Below, one piece after another: positions 51,101-64,000 of a DNA stretch of 64,000 nucleotides. Both the position numbers and the translations under genes were made by a program. The notes beneath the pieces are model-generated. The model worked only from the letters and a program-made list of their open reading frames with translations. It made no database searches and had not been told where the DNA came from. Position 1 is the stretch's first letter. The number at the start of each line of letters is the position of its first letter. Source of the stretch: Chromera velia (lineage: Eukaryota); contig JAHBMJ010000266.1 in assembly GCA_018398765.1 (NCBI GenBank), positions 62,001-126,000 of the forward strand, written 5' to 3'.

Positions 51101-53170
51101 TTTCTCCTTTCCTTTTTCTTTCTCATCCACCCATCCCAATTTGGCCCCCGTGTTTTCTTTTTCGTTCCTCTCGGAGGACGAGGAACGTTCCCTTTGGGGA
51201 TGAGAAACAGAGCCAGACGACCTCCTGGTTCTGCTCCCACTAGGAGCTCTTCCTGAAATAAATCGGGATGAGCCTAGAAGTCGGTGTGCAGTCGGGGGTC
51301 TGGATGCATCCTCTACTTTGAGGTTGTCAGAAACTACAGCACCAAAACGCCGCGTGCCACCCGGAAGACCGGCAGCAGACGCGCACCCCCCCGCACTTCT
51401 ATTAATCAAAAACGCAGACCCCACTTCCCCTCCAGGGACCCCGGCAGAGGTCCCGTCGTTTGGATGTGCCGGGGCCCTTTCTTTGTCTCTCTCAGCCCCT
51501 GCATGTTTCTGCTGCTGCGTGTTTTGTTGTTCAAGCAACATGGAGGAGACGGCACTTGGGTCCACTGCAGCATGCAAATGTTGCCTGGGCCCCTGGTCCC
51601 GTCTTGGGCTTTCTGGCTTGCTTGCCGGGGCACTGTCACCCAGAGACGAGACTGAGGAGACGGAGACGGACACTGCAGGGGCAGCAGCGGCAGCCCGTGC
51701 AGGCCGGATCACCCCGGGCGTCCCCTCATCGTCTAGATCCCTCACCTGCACCCTCCTCTGCATGAAAGCAGAGAGGTCCCCGGCAGTGGAGGCCCGACTT
51801 TCATCTCCTGCAGGTGCGAGCCGGGGCCCTGGAAGAGACAGATTGAACATGCCCCCCATGGACACCTGTGTGTGTCTCTCTCCTCCTGCCACTGATGAGG
51901 ACACGCGCAGACCTGCTGACTGAGAGGAAGAGGCCAACCCTCCCTCAACGCCAATTCCAAAAACACAACCCCCTCCTGTCAGAGACCCAGTAGCTGAGGG
52001 GGGGGGCTGCAGCACAGTGTCGGGGCCCTTTCCAAAAACTGTGTGGCGACTCGAACCTCCACCTACCTCCCTCGACTCTGGTGTCTGCATCTCAGCTTCC
52101 TGTCCTTCATTGCTGTAAAAACCGGCTGTCTGCCCACCTCCCCTCCTACTCCCACCTCTAGGTGTGTTTCCCGTCCCTGTACTTCTCGCTCTCCCCTCTC
52201 CTGCTCTGCAGGGTCTCACATTGTGCGCACCAACAGAGGAGACTTGTTGCAGAGACGCAGGTGGACTTCCCCTGCGCGCCGCCACCCTCGACCCATAATC
52301 CGCCCCACGCCCCCGCCCCTGGAGCCCCCCTCCGCCTTCCTGTGCAGCCTGCACAGCAGACGTAGAGGAAGGCCGAGAGACCCACACAGGACTTTCTGTT
52401 CCCGTGCCGGGACACGAGGGGGAGCTGGGCCCTTCGGAGTCCAAAGTCTCCCTCTGCCCCCCCTGCCTGAAGGCACGCAGAGACCGTCCAGTCCAGGAGG
52501 CCACAGACCACTGGGGGTTGTCAAGGAAAAAACTCCTGGCGTCTCCGGGGGGTATCGCACTGCACACAGATGCACTCACAGGACGGCAATCAATGCTAGC
52601 GTACAGTCAGCCCTAGCGTAATGCAAGGACTGTAGCGGCACAAAGGAAGGGATTCATTTTCAAGACCCGTTGTGGGCCTTTTGTTTGCAGAAAGTCTCTT
52701 CACAAAGTCTTTCTCTTCACCTGTGACGACAACAGCATCTCCTGCATGTTATGGGATGGAAGTAAATTGCTTTTGCAAATACAAAGCCCGAAGCCACAAG
52801 ATGGCAGAATGAAAAAGAAAAAAAAACAATCAGCGCGACCACCTATGATGCATTGCTGTCTTTACGTTCTTCCAGCTTCGTGTCTTGTTTTGCATTCGTC
52901 GAGAATTCTCACTGGCGCGTCCACGCCCATCCCTTTTCTTCCGTCGATGACTTCTGTTTCAGCCCAAAGCAAAACAAAGGTACAAATGGGAAGGATTTAC
53001 ACCCAAAGAACGCTGGCACGCACTCACCTTTCTTCAACCGCAGCCGAGCGCGTGTCTCTCCCATGGAAGGCCGCAGCCACAGGCGACTCTGCCCTGAGGC
53101 CGTTGGGTGGATACTCGAATTCCATCGGCAGGACGGGAATTACCTCCGTCGACTTCTGGTGGGGACTGCA
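42200..53170 (-). CDS. Very large multi-exon low-complexity (Ser/Gly/Glu/Arg-rich) hypothetical protein
   Basis: 1905-codon open frame 46862-52579. Further minus-strand segments bounded by CAG/GTGAG or GTAAG at ~53026-53165, ~52721-52742, ~44901-44992, ~43543-44620 and ~43284-43352. No recognisable domain. Joining them into one gene is inferred. Confidence 0.65.
48532..48696 (-). repeat. 33-bp coding minisatellite x5 (AHSREGNGVPS)
   Basis: CTGACGGCACTCCGTTCCCCTCCCTTGAATGTG repeated 5 times with one substitution. Confidence 0.95.
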
Positions 53171-54606
53171 CGTAGGCAGGCAGGTGGAATGTACAGGGAG
53201 ATATGGATATACATATTTGTGGCCGCGGTCGCTCATAACGCACACGCACACGCATCATGCAGTCATGTGCCTAGATGAAACAATTTCTCGAAGTACTGCA
53301 GGCGAGTCAGACAGGTAATGAGTGTCTGTGAGTCGTTGAATAAAGCAGGCGTCTGTGTAAATATATTTGTGTATATGTACGTATATATATAAGATGGGAG
53401 CAATCTCACAAATTGCACACTCAATTTTTTAGAAGGAAAAGTAGAAAAGGTGCAGAATGCCAGTGAACGAAAAAAAACTCATTGAACGAAGCGAGACAAC
53501 AGACAGAAGAAGTGTAAGTACACAAACCCAAACCTGAATACATCCATGTATATACATGTATATATTCATATGTATACCAACCCTTGTTTCAGTCCAGTGA
53601 GAGGCGACCCGATACCCCCAGTCAGGGACATGGGCGCCGTCCCTCCCCTCATAAGATCCAGTCTGCAACAAATGTATAGGCACAAAGTTGCATGGAGACA
53701 CAACTGATTGATTGCATGAGCAACACTATGTTTGCTTATATACACGAATCTGGAGGTCTCGCTGACCTGTGAGGAAAACCGTCCATCGTCGTGCACAAAA
53801 AATGAAAACGCTTCTGCTAAAGATTTATGTCTGCCCCAAAAGATGACTGGGTCAGGATGCTCGATATTCAGAACGCACGTGATCGGGCGGGCTGACGAAG
53901 AACTTCAATACGACAAACGGCAAAACAGTCGAAAAAACCAGATTTGATGTCCGGTCGTGCGCTCTCTTGTGTGTTCAAACTTGGGTGCCATCTTTCCTAA
54001 CGGCGTCGCTGGAAAGGTTGAGGCTAACCGCTAAGCAATTAAGGAACGAGATTCTCCGGCCCTCATAGCCTCGGAATGAGCTATATATATATATATGATC
54101 GTTTCGAATCATTCGATCTGCATGGAGCATGCGCCATGCGTATTTCAATTTTTTCATTGGGCACCACGTGACACACCATACTGTTACTGGAGTGGGTTAG
54201 TGACTCGAAGAAGTTGTAGGTATGCCGATATCTTATAGTATTCTGACGTACGTATACGTACTATAGCTATTCCTCTATGTGCAGACGTGGATGCGTTTTC
54301 CTGGGGCCTCTTAAAAAAGTCGGAGCTGCCCTCTGAGAGACACTGCATGATTGCAGGTTCGCGCGCATTGCGCCCGGTGGGGGGAGGATCGAGCATGCAG
54401 TTTTTGGCGCGGCCCGAATTAAGCCCCAGCCGCTCCTTCAAATCTGAATGTCAGGTCGAAGCACTCCTTGTGGATCAGACACCCCCCGCTCTTCAGGAAA
54501 TGCAGGTCTCTTTTCGTTTTCAATGTGTGTAGGTATCCAGGGCAGTGAGTGACCGGCACTGGGTACGTCAGTTTGAGTCCGAAAGCGTTTCTTCAAAGGT
54601 CAAAGA

Positions 54607-57360
54607 ATGGAGGCTGTAATTTCTGAAGGTCAGGCGTTTTTTACCAAGACTACATCTGTCAGCTCATCCCTTGAAAACATTCCGTCTTGGGGCGGTAAAA
54701 GATTTCCCTCTATGTGTGTGTCCTCGTTTGGCAATGCAGAGAGGGGCTCCCAGTTGGGGTGCGTGCACGTGGACAGTGAGGGCAAGAAGGTCATTTTGGG
54801 GGCCCTAGATGGCGCCGCCACGGTGGACCTCCAGTCTCGAGAGAGTGTCCAGCTCCTCGGGGCAGAACAAGGTCAGGCAAGGGGCTGTTCATGGGCTTTG
54901 CTTGAAAAGACAGAAAGGAGGGAAGCCAGAAGGAAAGTTTGGAGGGCAACAGGGGACTGTAGAAGAGCCTTTGCATAGGTGTTGGTATACTGGACCAAGA
55001 AACACTTACCTGTTGTTTGCTCGTTGCCTGCACCCTTCTGTTTCCTTCTGTACGCAGCGGGTGCCACCCTGTGCGTTCTCTTCACTCGGGATGGGACTAC
55101 AGCGGTTGTCTCCAGTCAGGTCCGCTCTTCGTTGTTTATGGTCCGGTGGCAAGTGAAGGACAGCTGTATACATGTATACCATGTGTGTGTGTATATATGC
55201 CTTCCTGCAGAATTAAGTTTTTTCGTGTGCCTTTTTTTCCTGATGCGATTCGGAGATGAGTCCTGTAATTGCACGTCTGGTTTTTTGCATACCGGGGCTA
55301 GGACCGAAAGAGCATTCAAATTTTGTCCTAAGTGATATGTATGTGGGTCGGTAGGGCTCTCACTTTCATCCAACCAAAGCTGGTGGATGTAGCCTCATAT
55401 GCGGCGGCCACACAGCAGGATATGAGGCCGCACACGGACGAATTTTAATCCATGTCTTCGTTCTTGTGTGCGCGTCTGCGTGTCTCTTTCGTGTCTCTGT
55501 GCCTCTCCGTGCAGGACAGGAGACTGCGGACATTCGAACTTCCCTCCGGAAAAATGACCTCAGAGGCCGTCTTGGACTCTCATGCGATCTCGTTGACGGA
55601 ATCCGCAGATGAGAGCGTCCTTGTGGCTGGGGGTGCGTGCAAATGAATTGATAATTTCTGCTTCGTTGATTCTTTGTTCCTCTCTTCCTTCCCTCCTTCT
55701 TTTCTTTCTTCCTTTCTTGCTTTCTCTCTTTCTTGCTTTGTTGCTTTCTCTCTTTCTTGCTTTGTTGCTTTCTTCCTTTCTTCCTTTCTTTCCTTGAATC
55801 CTTCCTTTCTTCCTTCCTTCTTACTTGCTTGCTTTATCCCTTTCTGCTCGCTTGCGTTTCTGTCGGCCGATCATGTTTTCCGTCTGGCTTGGAGTCTGCT
55901 CGGACAGTTCACTCTCCCTTTGCCGCTTCCACGCACTACTCTTTTTCTTGTGTGGCCCACAACAGACAGGATTGCTCGTGGGTCCCTCTACGTCTGCAGG
56001 AATGCGCGGTCGCGTGACTGCGTGGAGACGGCGAGACGGCAGTCTCTTCTGTCCCCCGGTCCAAGTTCACACCGGGCCCGTGATGGACGTTGCTGTCCTC
56101 AGCACGCCCATGCCGGCACCTGCCGAAGTCGAGGCTGAGGAACCAGACAAACTTCCTCTAGTCCGGAAATTGGTGGCATGTGTGTCGGAAGGGGGCGGTC
56201 TGAAGGTGATGGATTTGGAAGCGGTTGTGCGAGAGAAGGGAAGGGGGGTGCCTGGGCAGAGAGATCCGGTCCCGATAGAGGATGCTCCCGTATTTCTGCC
56301 CCTGTTTGACAGAGAGCCTGTGATCCGTCTTGGAGTCTCGTCTTCCTTTTTGGCGGTGGCCTTGAAAACAGACACGATCCGAATCGTGAGGGTGTCTGAT
56401 ATCATTGCAGAAGGAGACTGGCTTGAGAAGGAACGACAGAGAAAGGGATACAAGACAGGGCCTCCAGGAAGGAAGGAGGAGCCCCGTCCCCCTCTTCCTT
56501 GTTGTGTCATCACCATGGACACTGCGCCTAGGTCTCTGGCGCTCCGAGGGGTCAGTTTCTGTTTATTTTTTTGTGGGTCTGGATTCACCGTTTGTTTGCT
56601 CTTCTTCTCTTCTCTTCCTCTGCACCAACCAACCATCTCTTTGCCTCTTTTAGCTCATTACGAATCTTTTGTTGCACTCTACTTCATTTTCTTCGGTGAA
56701 AGATGATGTACACAAATGCAAAGAAACGATGCAATGACTGCATGTGCAGACGGAAAACCAATAGACTTACATATGAATGTATTCACGCATGCTGGCGTGT
56801 CTGCAGTCCCTCCTCGCAGTGGGCGCAGGAACTGGTGGAATTCAGGTCTACCGGCTCTCTGGAGGGCAGTCAGGGGGGGCGGTGTCTGGATCCGAAGAGG
56901 GCGCGAAGGCTTCCGGTGAGGAGGAGGAAAAAGAAAAGGAGAAGGAGAATGCTAGGGATGCATGGTTTGGAGAGAAGCAGGACAATGATGAGGAGGAACA
57001 GGGAGAGGGTGCAAATGAGGAAAAGAAAGATGAGGGAGAACAAAGGGAAGCAACAGAGATGAAGAAGGAGATCGGAATTGATCTCATCGCACAGACAGAC
57101 GAAGAAAGCGGGCACACACAGGACGTGACAGGACTTGCGTTCTCTCTCATTCCCTCTAACTCGTGGTCCATGAAGTTGGAAGGACAGGAAAGACAGGTGG
57201 TCAGCCTGGTGTCTGCTTCTTTGGACAAGAAGGTGAAGGTTTTTGAGGTTCTTGTGCCGCCTGAAGAGGAGGAGAGAAACGCAGGGGGAGGGAGGGGAGA
57301 TGACAGAAACCCCCCTCGATCATTTGCCCTCTGGGAGGGAACACTCAGATACCGAGCGGG
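54607..57360 (+). CDS. WD40-repeat protein (multi-exon; probably continues into exons at ~57940 and 58400-59130)
   Basis: Phase-consistent exons 54607-54871, 55058-55119, 55515-55632, 56000-56550, 56807-57360. WD40 signatures HTGPVMDVAV, LLAVGAGTGGIQVY, GHTQDVTGLAFS...LVSASLDKKVKVF. Confidence 0.8.
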
Positions 57361-60300
57361 GTCAGTTCATTTAACTCAAACACTCACCTCATTTCACGAA
57401 AATCATCAGGAACGACATTCTTTTTCGTGAAGTTCACACAGTACCCCCCATTTTTTTGATGATCGAATTGTTGCCTGAAGAGGAAGGTGACATACATAGA
57501 CTTCCCCGGGTTGCCCCTATAGTCGCTGTGTTGATCAGAGGAGGTCCACTCGTTTGAGGTTTTCTTTTTTTCCGTAAAAAGAGTTCTGTATGAAAGTAAA
57601 TGCATGTTCTGTTGTTCAGAGGAGGTCCACTCATTAGGAATTTTCGTACGTGGGAAGACAGCGATCCAAAGTGACTTCCTGAAATAAAACGAAAACGAAA
57701 CTACTTTGAGTGCCGATAAATCCATCGTGAAATGTTTGAGAGAGACTCTGGTGTCTCGGTGCTTCTTCTGCCTCCTCTCTTCCCCCCTGGCTTGTCAACG
57801 CAGCAATCGTTTGCCTGCTTCCAAACATTGTCATCAGACTGACTGAGAGTGTCAAGGGTAAACACACAGATAGATAAACAAGCAAGGGAACGAACACACA
57901 CATTTCTTTTGTTTTTTGGCTCTTCTTATCTGCCTGCAGTGTCGATGGCTCTGGGGCGTCAGCGGCAGGGTGAGTGAGTAAGGGCGAGGATTTCTTTCTT
58001 TCTTTCTCTGTGTCTATCTTTCCTTGGCTGGGATCCCGGGGAAGAATTCAGGACACAAAGAGGAATTCGAGACTTCTCTTGGAAGAATTAATGTGCCTCT
58101 CCCTCTATAGAGGCACAGTTGTCGTCCCTCTTCTTGTTTAATTATAACCCTGTGACCAACGAGCTCAGTTTATTGTCTTGTCTTTGTTTTCTGTGTTTCA
58201 ACGCTACCCCTGTTTAATCTGTGTCTGGCTTCCCCTCTCATCAAGGACGATCGATCATCAGTGGGGTGAGAAACGGTCACAGACGAGATTCCGTATTCCC
58301 GTCAGCATGTCTTTTTCTCTTCCTCTCTCTTCCCCCCCCCTTTCTCTCAGCGTATGCATGTGTGTGTCCGTGTGTGTGTATGGACGTCTGAACAATTGAT
58401 TATGTCTGCAGAGACCGGCGCCCGATGTCGCAGGGTGCGCGTCCAGGCCCCAACCCGTTCATGGTCTCAGGCGCCCGCCCTGCCACTGCGATGCCCAGCA
58501 CACAGCCGAAATGGAACGATCGATTCTTTCTCACATTCAGCAGGTTAGAAAGAAGATAGGGGCATGGCGGGTGCTTGTGTTGGTGTACGTTTGCATGTGC
58601 AGGTTTGGGTGTGTGCGGGGAGGGGGGGGATACTCCGTAAAAGGCAAGCGTGTGGCCGGGGCCATACCAGCGGTGGGATGCATACTGACTTGCATGCACT
58701 TGTGCTCCGTCCATGGATGCATTTCCCATTACCAACCTTGCCCGTTATGCAATACTCGTATGAATATGCATGCAGATACAACCACCTGTACCACCCCCTT
58801 CTGAGAGAATATTTCGATCACGATCGACCGGATGCCTCCAGTGCCACCCCGACAAACCCCGCAGCTGCAAATATGGCACGGGCCCAGTCGACCTCCTCGC
58901 TCAGACAGGCACACAAACAGCAGCGCCCCGCCTCCGCACTCCCCGCTCTTCCCTCCGGCTCCCTCCGCCCCCCCACCAACACCACCTGGCCTGTCCAACC
59001 GAAGGGAGCGCGGACGATGGACACGACGGTCGACTCCTCACTGACCGTCTGCTCGGTGGAGTATCTGATGGGATTCGACCCTGCACAGAAGAGGGCCGAG
59101 AATCGACAGTCAGTCACTTACTCAGTTGGTGTGTGGACTGTGCATTGAATGAGAAAATGCACCGGGGCAGACTGTCTGGAGGGAAACCCCATTTTCTTTT
59201 CACTTGCCTCCTTTTGATTATTTTTTTTTTTTCTTTTCGATTTACGTCTGGAGGAACCAACTCTAATGAGAGAGAGCTACTCAGCGAGCTCCATAGAATC
59301 TCTTCTGCTCGATTTCAGTTGTTTGTGCTGGAGAACTCATCCTTTGAGCTCTCCTGAGCAGACGACGCACTAGTGCGTTTGAATAATTATTTTGTTCCAT
59401 TCATGTCGAGAGAGCGATCTCTCTGTGCAGGAAGGTTGCTGGACTCTTGTCCGAGGAGAGCCTCCTCGCCCACCTAACCAAAGACCACATCCGACACAGC
59501 AAAGGAGGAACAATGAAGGTGTGTCAGCTGCCTCTATCTTGATTGTTGTTTCTGAAAAAGATTCGGTGAAACGAAGAAAAGAAACAAGCAAGTAACGAGA
59601 GGATTGACTCAGTCCAAGAAAAGAAATGAATGCAGTGAGAAGAACGTCACTTGACAAAAACGCGAATCCCGCGGAACGTCTGTCAGATGTCAACGCGACC
59701 GAGGAATAAACAGTCTCAGAGAAATGCTGCATGGAGGGAGTGAGAGACCAAATTGCCTTCTGTTCGGAGTCTTGGGGAGAGGAAAGGTTAATTTCAGCTA
59801 GGGTCAATTGCTTTCAGGAACAATGAGGATCAAGTGATGCTGCTTCTTTGAAGCTCTTTCTGTGCAATTTCGTTGTTGTCTGCTCTGTTTTCTGTTTTTG
59901 ATTAATTTCTTTTATTTTTGTCTTGCTCTTCCTTCCCTCCTTTCTTTTTTTCTTTCTTTGTTTCTTTGTTTGTGCCTTCCTTCCATCCATCATGCAGGAC
60001 CCATCGGGACAGCCCTCTGACTGGGATGATCGGTTCCAGTTGGTCTGTCTCTTCATTTGTTTGTTTTGTTGTTTTTCTTTTGTTTCGGAAGGAAGCTCCT
60101 TTATTCTTTCCTTCGGAACGATGCGATTTGTCACTGCCTGACTGAGAAACGGGAAAGCGGCGAGGAGCTTCTAGTGTTTCCTTTACTTCTCTCTTCTCTT
60201 CTCTTCTCTTCTCTTCTCTTCTCCGGTCTTGTTTCTGAAGGAAGTGTGAATGTTCGTAGTCCCCCCTTATTTTTTTCTTCCTCTCAGTCACCGCTCCAGG

Positions 60301-62432
60301 GTAGCTCAAAAAGGAGTTCTGCTGTGCATTGTCAGAACGAACGGAGAAGCTGGAAACGTGTCCCAAATTGAGGCAATTATTTGAAAATTTTGATTGAAAA
60401 AAAAAGGGAAATCTTCACCTCACCTGTCTTTCTGTTTGTCTTTCTTTCCATGTGCGGCTGCGTGCCTACCTGTTTTTTGAGTGCCTTCCTTCAATTGGAA
60501 CTAGGTGGCTTTTGTGCCTGTCGAACTGCCTGCAAGTCTACCTGACTACGTGCCTGAGGCGAATGCGATTAACTCGTGGATGAATGGAGGGTTGCCTGCT
60601 TTCTTTCCTTCCTTCTGCATGTTTGTTTGTCTGCCTTCTGCGTGTTTGTAAAAATATGTGTGTGCAGCTGGCCTCGAGGGAGAACCGCCTGACCCACCCG
60701 ATGGTGAGAGAATATTTTGACGCCTCGACACCTCTGGCGGGGCGGTTTGCCCACTGGGGAAAGACACCCCATCTCCGGAGAGCATAGAGACAGGAAGAGA
60801 GAAAGAAAGAGATAGAGAAGCACTCTCGACCTTCCTCCTTATGTCCGTACCCTTTGATAGCGATGCGACCATGAGAGGATACAGACCTGTCGATTGGTGG
60901 GGAGTTTACGTGTCGGCAGGTCGTCAAAACAATGGAACAAATGGAGAATGAAACGATGGAAAGAAGAAACAAAGTAGTGGCTCGGACAGCTCGTGGGTCG
61001 TTTTGTTGGTGTGTTTGTTTGTCTGTCTGTCTGCTTGTTTGGTCTCCTTCATGGATGTGTTTGTTCTCTTTTCGTCATCTGTGTGGCGATGCTGTAGGTC
61101 TCCCTCGTTATTTATTGCCTGACTGAAAGAATTGAATGGAGGATCAAAAGATTGGGGATGCATGTTTCATTCATAGCCTTTCAGCGTGGGCAGAACAGAG
61201 CTGCGGCAGAAAAAGCAAACGAACAGATGAGGAGGAGAACATTTTCTTTCATGCATATGAGAAATGCAACCGCACGAATTCATTCACTTTGATGCATAAG
61301 TGAATCGAAACCAACATGCCTGCACGATGCATTTCTTGATCGAAACAATCGTGGATGATGCACCAACAAAGAAGCGCAACGCCTCTCAATACAACACATG
61401 CAAGACAGTTTAGTTGTGCATGGACCCTCTTTGACCGGGACTGTCATCAGTTTCTGTCCGAGGTGGAGAATGAATGCCTGCTGGTGGAGCAGTACACGCG
61501 TTTGTCGTATTCAGGCGGGATTGCAGTTGCATTCTCAAAAGCCTGCATCTCCTTGCCCATGTTCACGCGTGGATGGTGTCGCACGGGCTCTATGTTTGAA
61601 TCGAATTAAAAAATGCATATGAATGGCGAATAAGGTACCAACTGCATGGATGAATCGTTTTGCATGAAGCATGAACAACTAGATGAACAATAAATTTTTA
61701 AGTCGACTGACACGATGAATGATATGAATGGCGTGTATACTTGTCTTGGTGCTTACATATCGATAACAACTGATCACTGGCATAAGTATGCATGAGTTGC
61801 ATCTCTGGCAACAATTTTTAATGAATGCACATATTTTTCCACTAAATGGAAAATGCCATGAAAATGTCTGTTTTTGTTTCTGTATCAGTTTTCAAATTGA
61901 TTTAAGATATGACTAAAAATGGTAAAATTTACAATTATAAATGGTCAAAATAATTCTGTACAAGTAGTAGCGTACCAGTAACGTTGAGTAGACGTACTGT
62001 CTAGCTAGTGGACACTAGAGTAGACACTCTATAGCCATGCAGTCAGTACTCTTTTCATGTTTCATTTATTATTTCTAATTTTTTCAAAGAACTGATCAAA
62101 GCTATTTATAATAATAAAATAATTCAATTAAACCAAGAGTATGAATTCACTAAGTTTAAATTCAATAGAAATTTATCTAGCTTTAGTACCCCCGAAATTC
62201 GTTGTTTTTTCTAGTATTTTTTGAAAGTTTCAAAGTTGTATGTGTATATATGTGGGTTTATCGATCAATGACGATCATTTAACAGTCAAGGTTTTAAAAA
62301 TTGGTATCGACGCATGCCATTTTGCTTCTTTTTATACATCTTTCATGGTCCGGTATACATTTGAAAATTTAAAAGCGCCTAGAAAAGCGTTTTAAATAGA
62401 TGATCCCTAGTCGTTTCTTTTACAGACATGAA

Positions 62433-63732
62433 TTACAAAGTGATCGCCAGCACTTTGACGTCTATCGACCCGTAAGGCCACATGTGACAGTCGACCGTTT
62501 CATTTGAGGAGCAAGGAAGCGCCGCGTTAGCAGCCTGAGGCGGACGGCTCTTTGCACATTCGGACGATGGGTCTTTGGCGCGGTCTTCCCTTTGAATCCC
62601 AATCTCCGTTTTACCCTCCGGAAAAGTCTTATCGACACATAGCCCAACAAGGGGGCTCCCCAGTCGCAAGAGGCACTCAAATGGCAGATTGCACATTTCG
62701 TCGTCAGACCCAGGCTTTGAGTCTGACGGCGTAGAAGCAGGAGAGCTTCTCTTGAGGTCTCGCATATGTGCGACTGAAAGTGTTCTACCGTCTCTGCAGC
62801 TGGACATCACCAGCAGGCCACCATGCGCACTGATAGTGCTCTTACATAAGACCCCCTTAAAGTCATCCCCCACCTCCGTGCATACGCAAAGAGAGGACAG
62901 CTCGAAAGGCCCCCACCAGACATACGAAGCCGGGTCGACCGACTGGGAAGAATCCCCCGCACCTGAGTGATATCTGTGGAATGCAAACACACGACGAGGC
63001 GAGCCTCGTGACGAGAAGAAAGTCTCCAGCAGACCGAGAGACGAACTGTCACCGTCTGCAGGAAAGGCAAACGAAACAAGTGTCTCCTTCTTACAGACCT
63101 TCCATGGGTGTGACCTCAAATCCGGAACATGTCGATTTGCACACGTCAGAGCAACACCCCCAAGTCCTTCGTCTACCGCCATTATCCCCCCCTCCGCGTT
63201 GCCAACTCTGGTCAGGTCGGATCCCTGGAACTTTCCTTTTAGCTCGGCAGCAACACACGAGCCGAGGGACGGACCCACAGTCCCCAGAATGGCCCCGTCG
63301 TAAATGTTCGTGAACAGAAGCCGATCCGTCCCTGTAGATGGGTGCACTTCATGCACGTCGTTGATGACTGCGAGTTCTTCGACCCTCCCCGTCTGTGTGT
63401 GCACCCTGTGGGTGTGACCAGTCCAGGGGAGACGCTGGTCGTCGTTGAAGGAGACGGCAACAAACTCGGAGGATAGAACGGTCAACGACGCATGCCTGTA
63501 AGCTCCGATGAGTCCCTTCGGAAAGGGAAGAGACCCCCCGGATAGGCGTTCCATGTCCCCCCCCCAGATCCGGGGGGCCCATCCGGAGCCGGAGGGGCCT
63601 TCCTTCTGTTCCTCACTCCAGCAAACCTACATAAAATACACATGCAAAAGCACAAATCAGCATCTCAGACTTGTAGTATACTCACCATGCCGACAATTCG
63701 TGTATAAAAGAGTACAAAAGCAGTGGCACTGC
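62433..63732 (-). CDS. 3' part of a spliced gene (begins beyond the window): short exon with USP-like AFVLFYTR motif plus ~397-codon terminal exon of unknown fold
   Basis: Exon 63732-63686 (SATAFVLFYTRIVGM) splices in phase through a GTGAG...TGTAG intron (63685-63627) into the open frame ending at TAA 62433. Confidence 0.65.
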
Positions 63733-63754
63733 CTTCAGGTTGACTCCATGCACA

Positions 63755-63758
63755 CAAC

Positions 63759-63794
<36 letters not shown>

Positions 63795-64000
63795 CGATAC
63801 ACACAGGCACACAACCAGCCAGCCAGCCAGACAGCCAGCCAGACAGCCAGCCAGACAGACAGACAGAGGACAGACAGACAGACAGACAGACAGCTAGACA
63901 GAGACACTATATGACAGACAGACAGACAGACAGACAGAGACAGACAGACAGAGACAGCCTGACACACAGACAGAGACAGCCTGACAGACAGATAGACAGA
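63755..64000. repeat. (CAGA)n/(CAGC)n intronic microsatellite
   Basis: Direct inspection. Confidence 0.9.

Noticed and set aside
50322..52621. Plus-strand ORFs of 100-293 aa
   Set aside because: Antisense shadows of the long minus-strand coding exon.

Overview
Eukaryotic nuclear DNA with GT-AG introns, many (CA)n/(GA)n/(CAGA)n microsatellites and frequent TGCATG motifs. The style resembles a chromerid/apicomplexan-related alveolate such as Chromera, but that is inference only. The first ~34 kb is repeat-rich. It holds a degenerate chromodomain-bearing Ty3/Gypsy retrotransposon (gag-PR-RT-RH-IN-chromo, ~5.3-12.5 kb, possibly with a long 3' tail), two hAT DNA-transposon relics (one with TIRs and an 8-bp TSD), a stop-interrupted ~600-codon unknown ORF, an EGF-repeat pseudogene, several tandem duplications and motif arrays. 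The last ~30 kb holds spliced genes: a zinc-finger/pseudo-USP/ParA(Soj)-ATPase fusion, a very large low-complexity protein, a WD40 protein, and the 3' end of a gene with a USP-like C-terminal motif. Two signals stand out. (1) Strongly directional C->T / G->A mutation at CpA and CpG, concentrated in the repeat-rich half (RIP-like or methylation-driven genome defence). (2) A bacterial-type ParA/Soj ATPase fused to an apparently catalytically dead deubiquitinase domain in an intron-containing gene. Splice models were derived by eye and are provisional.
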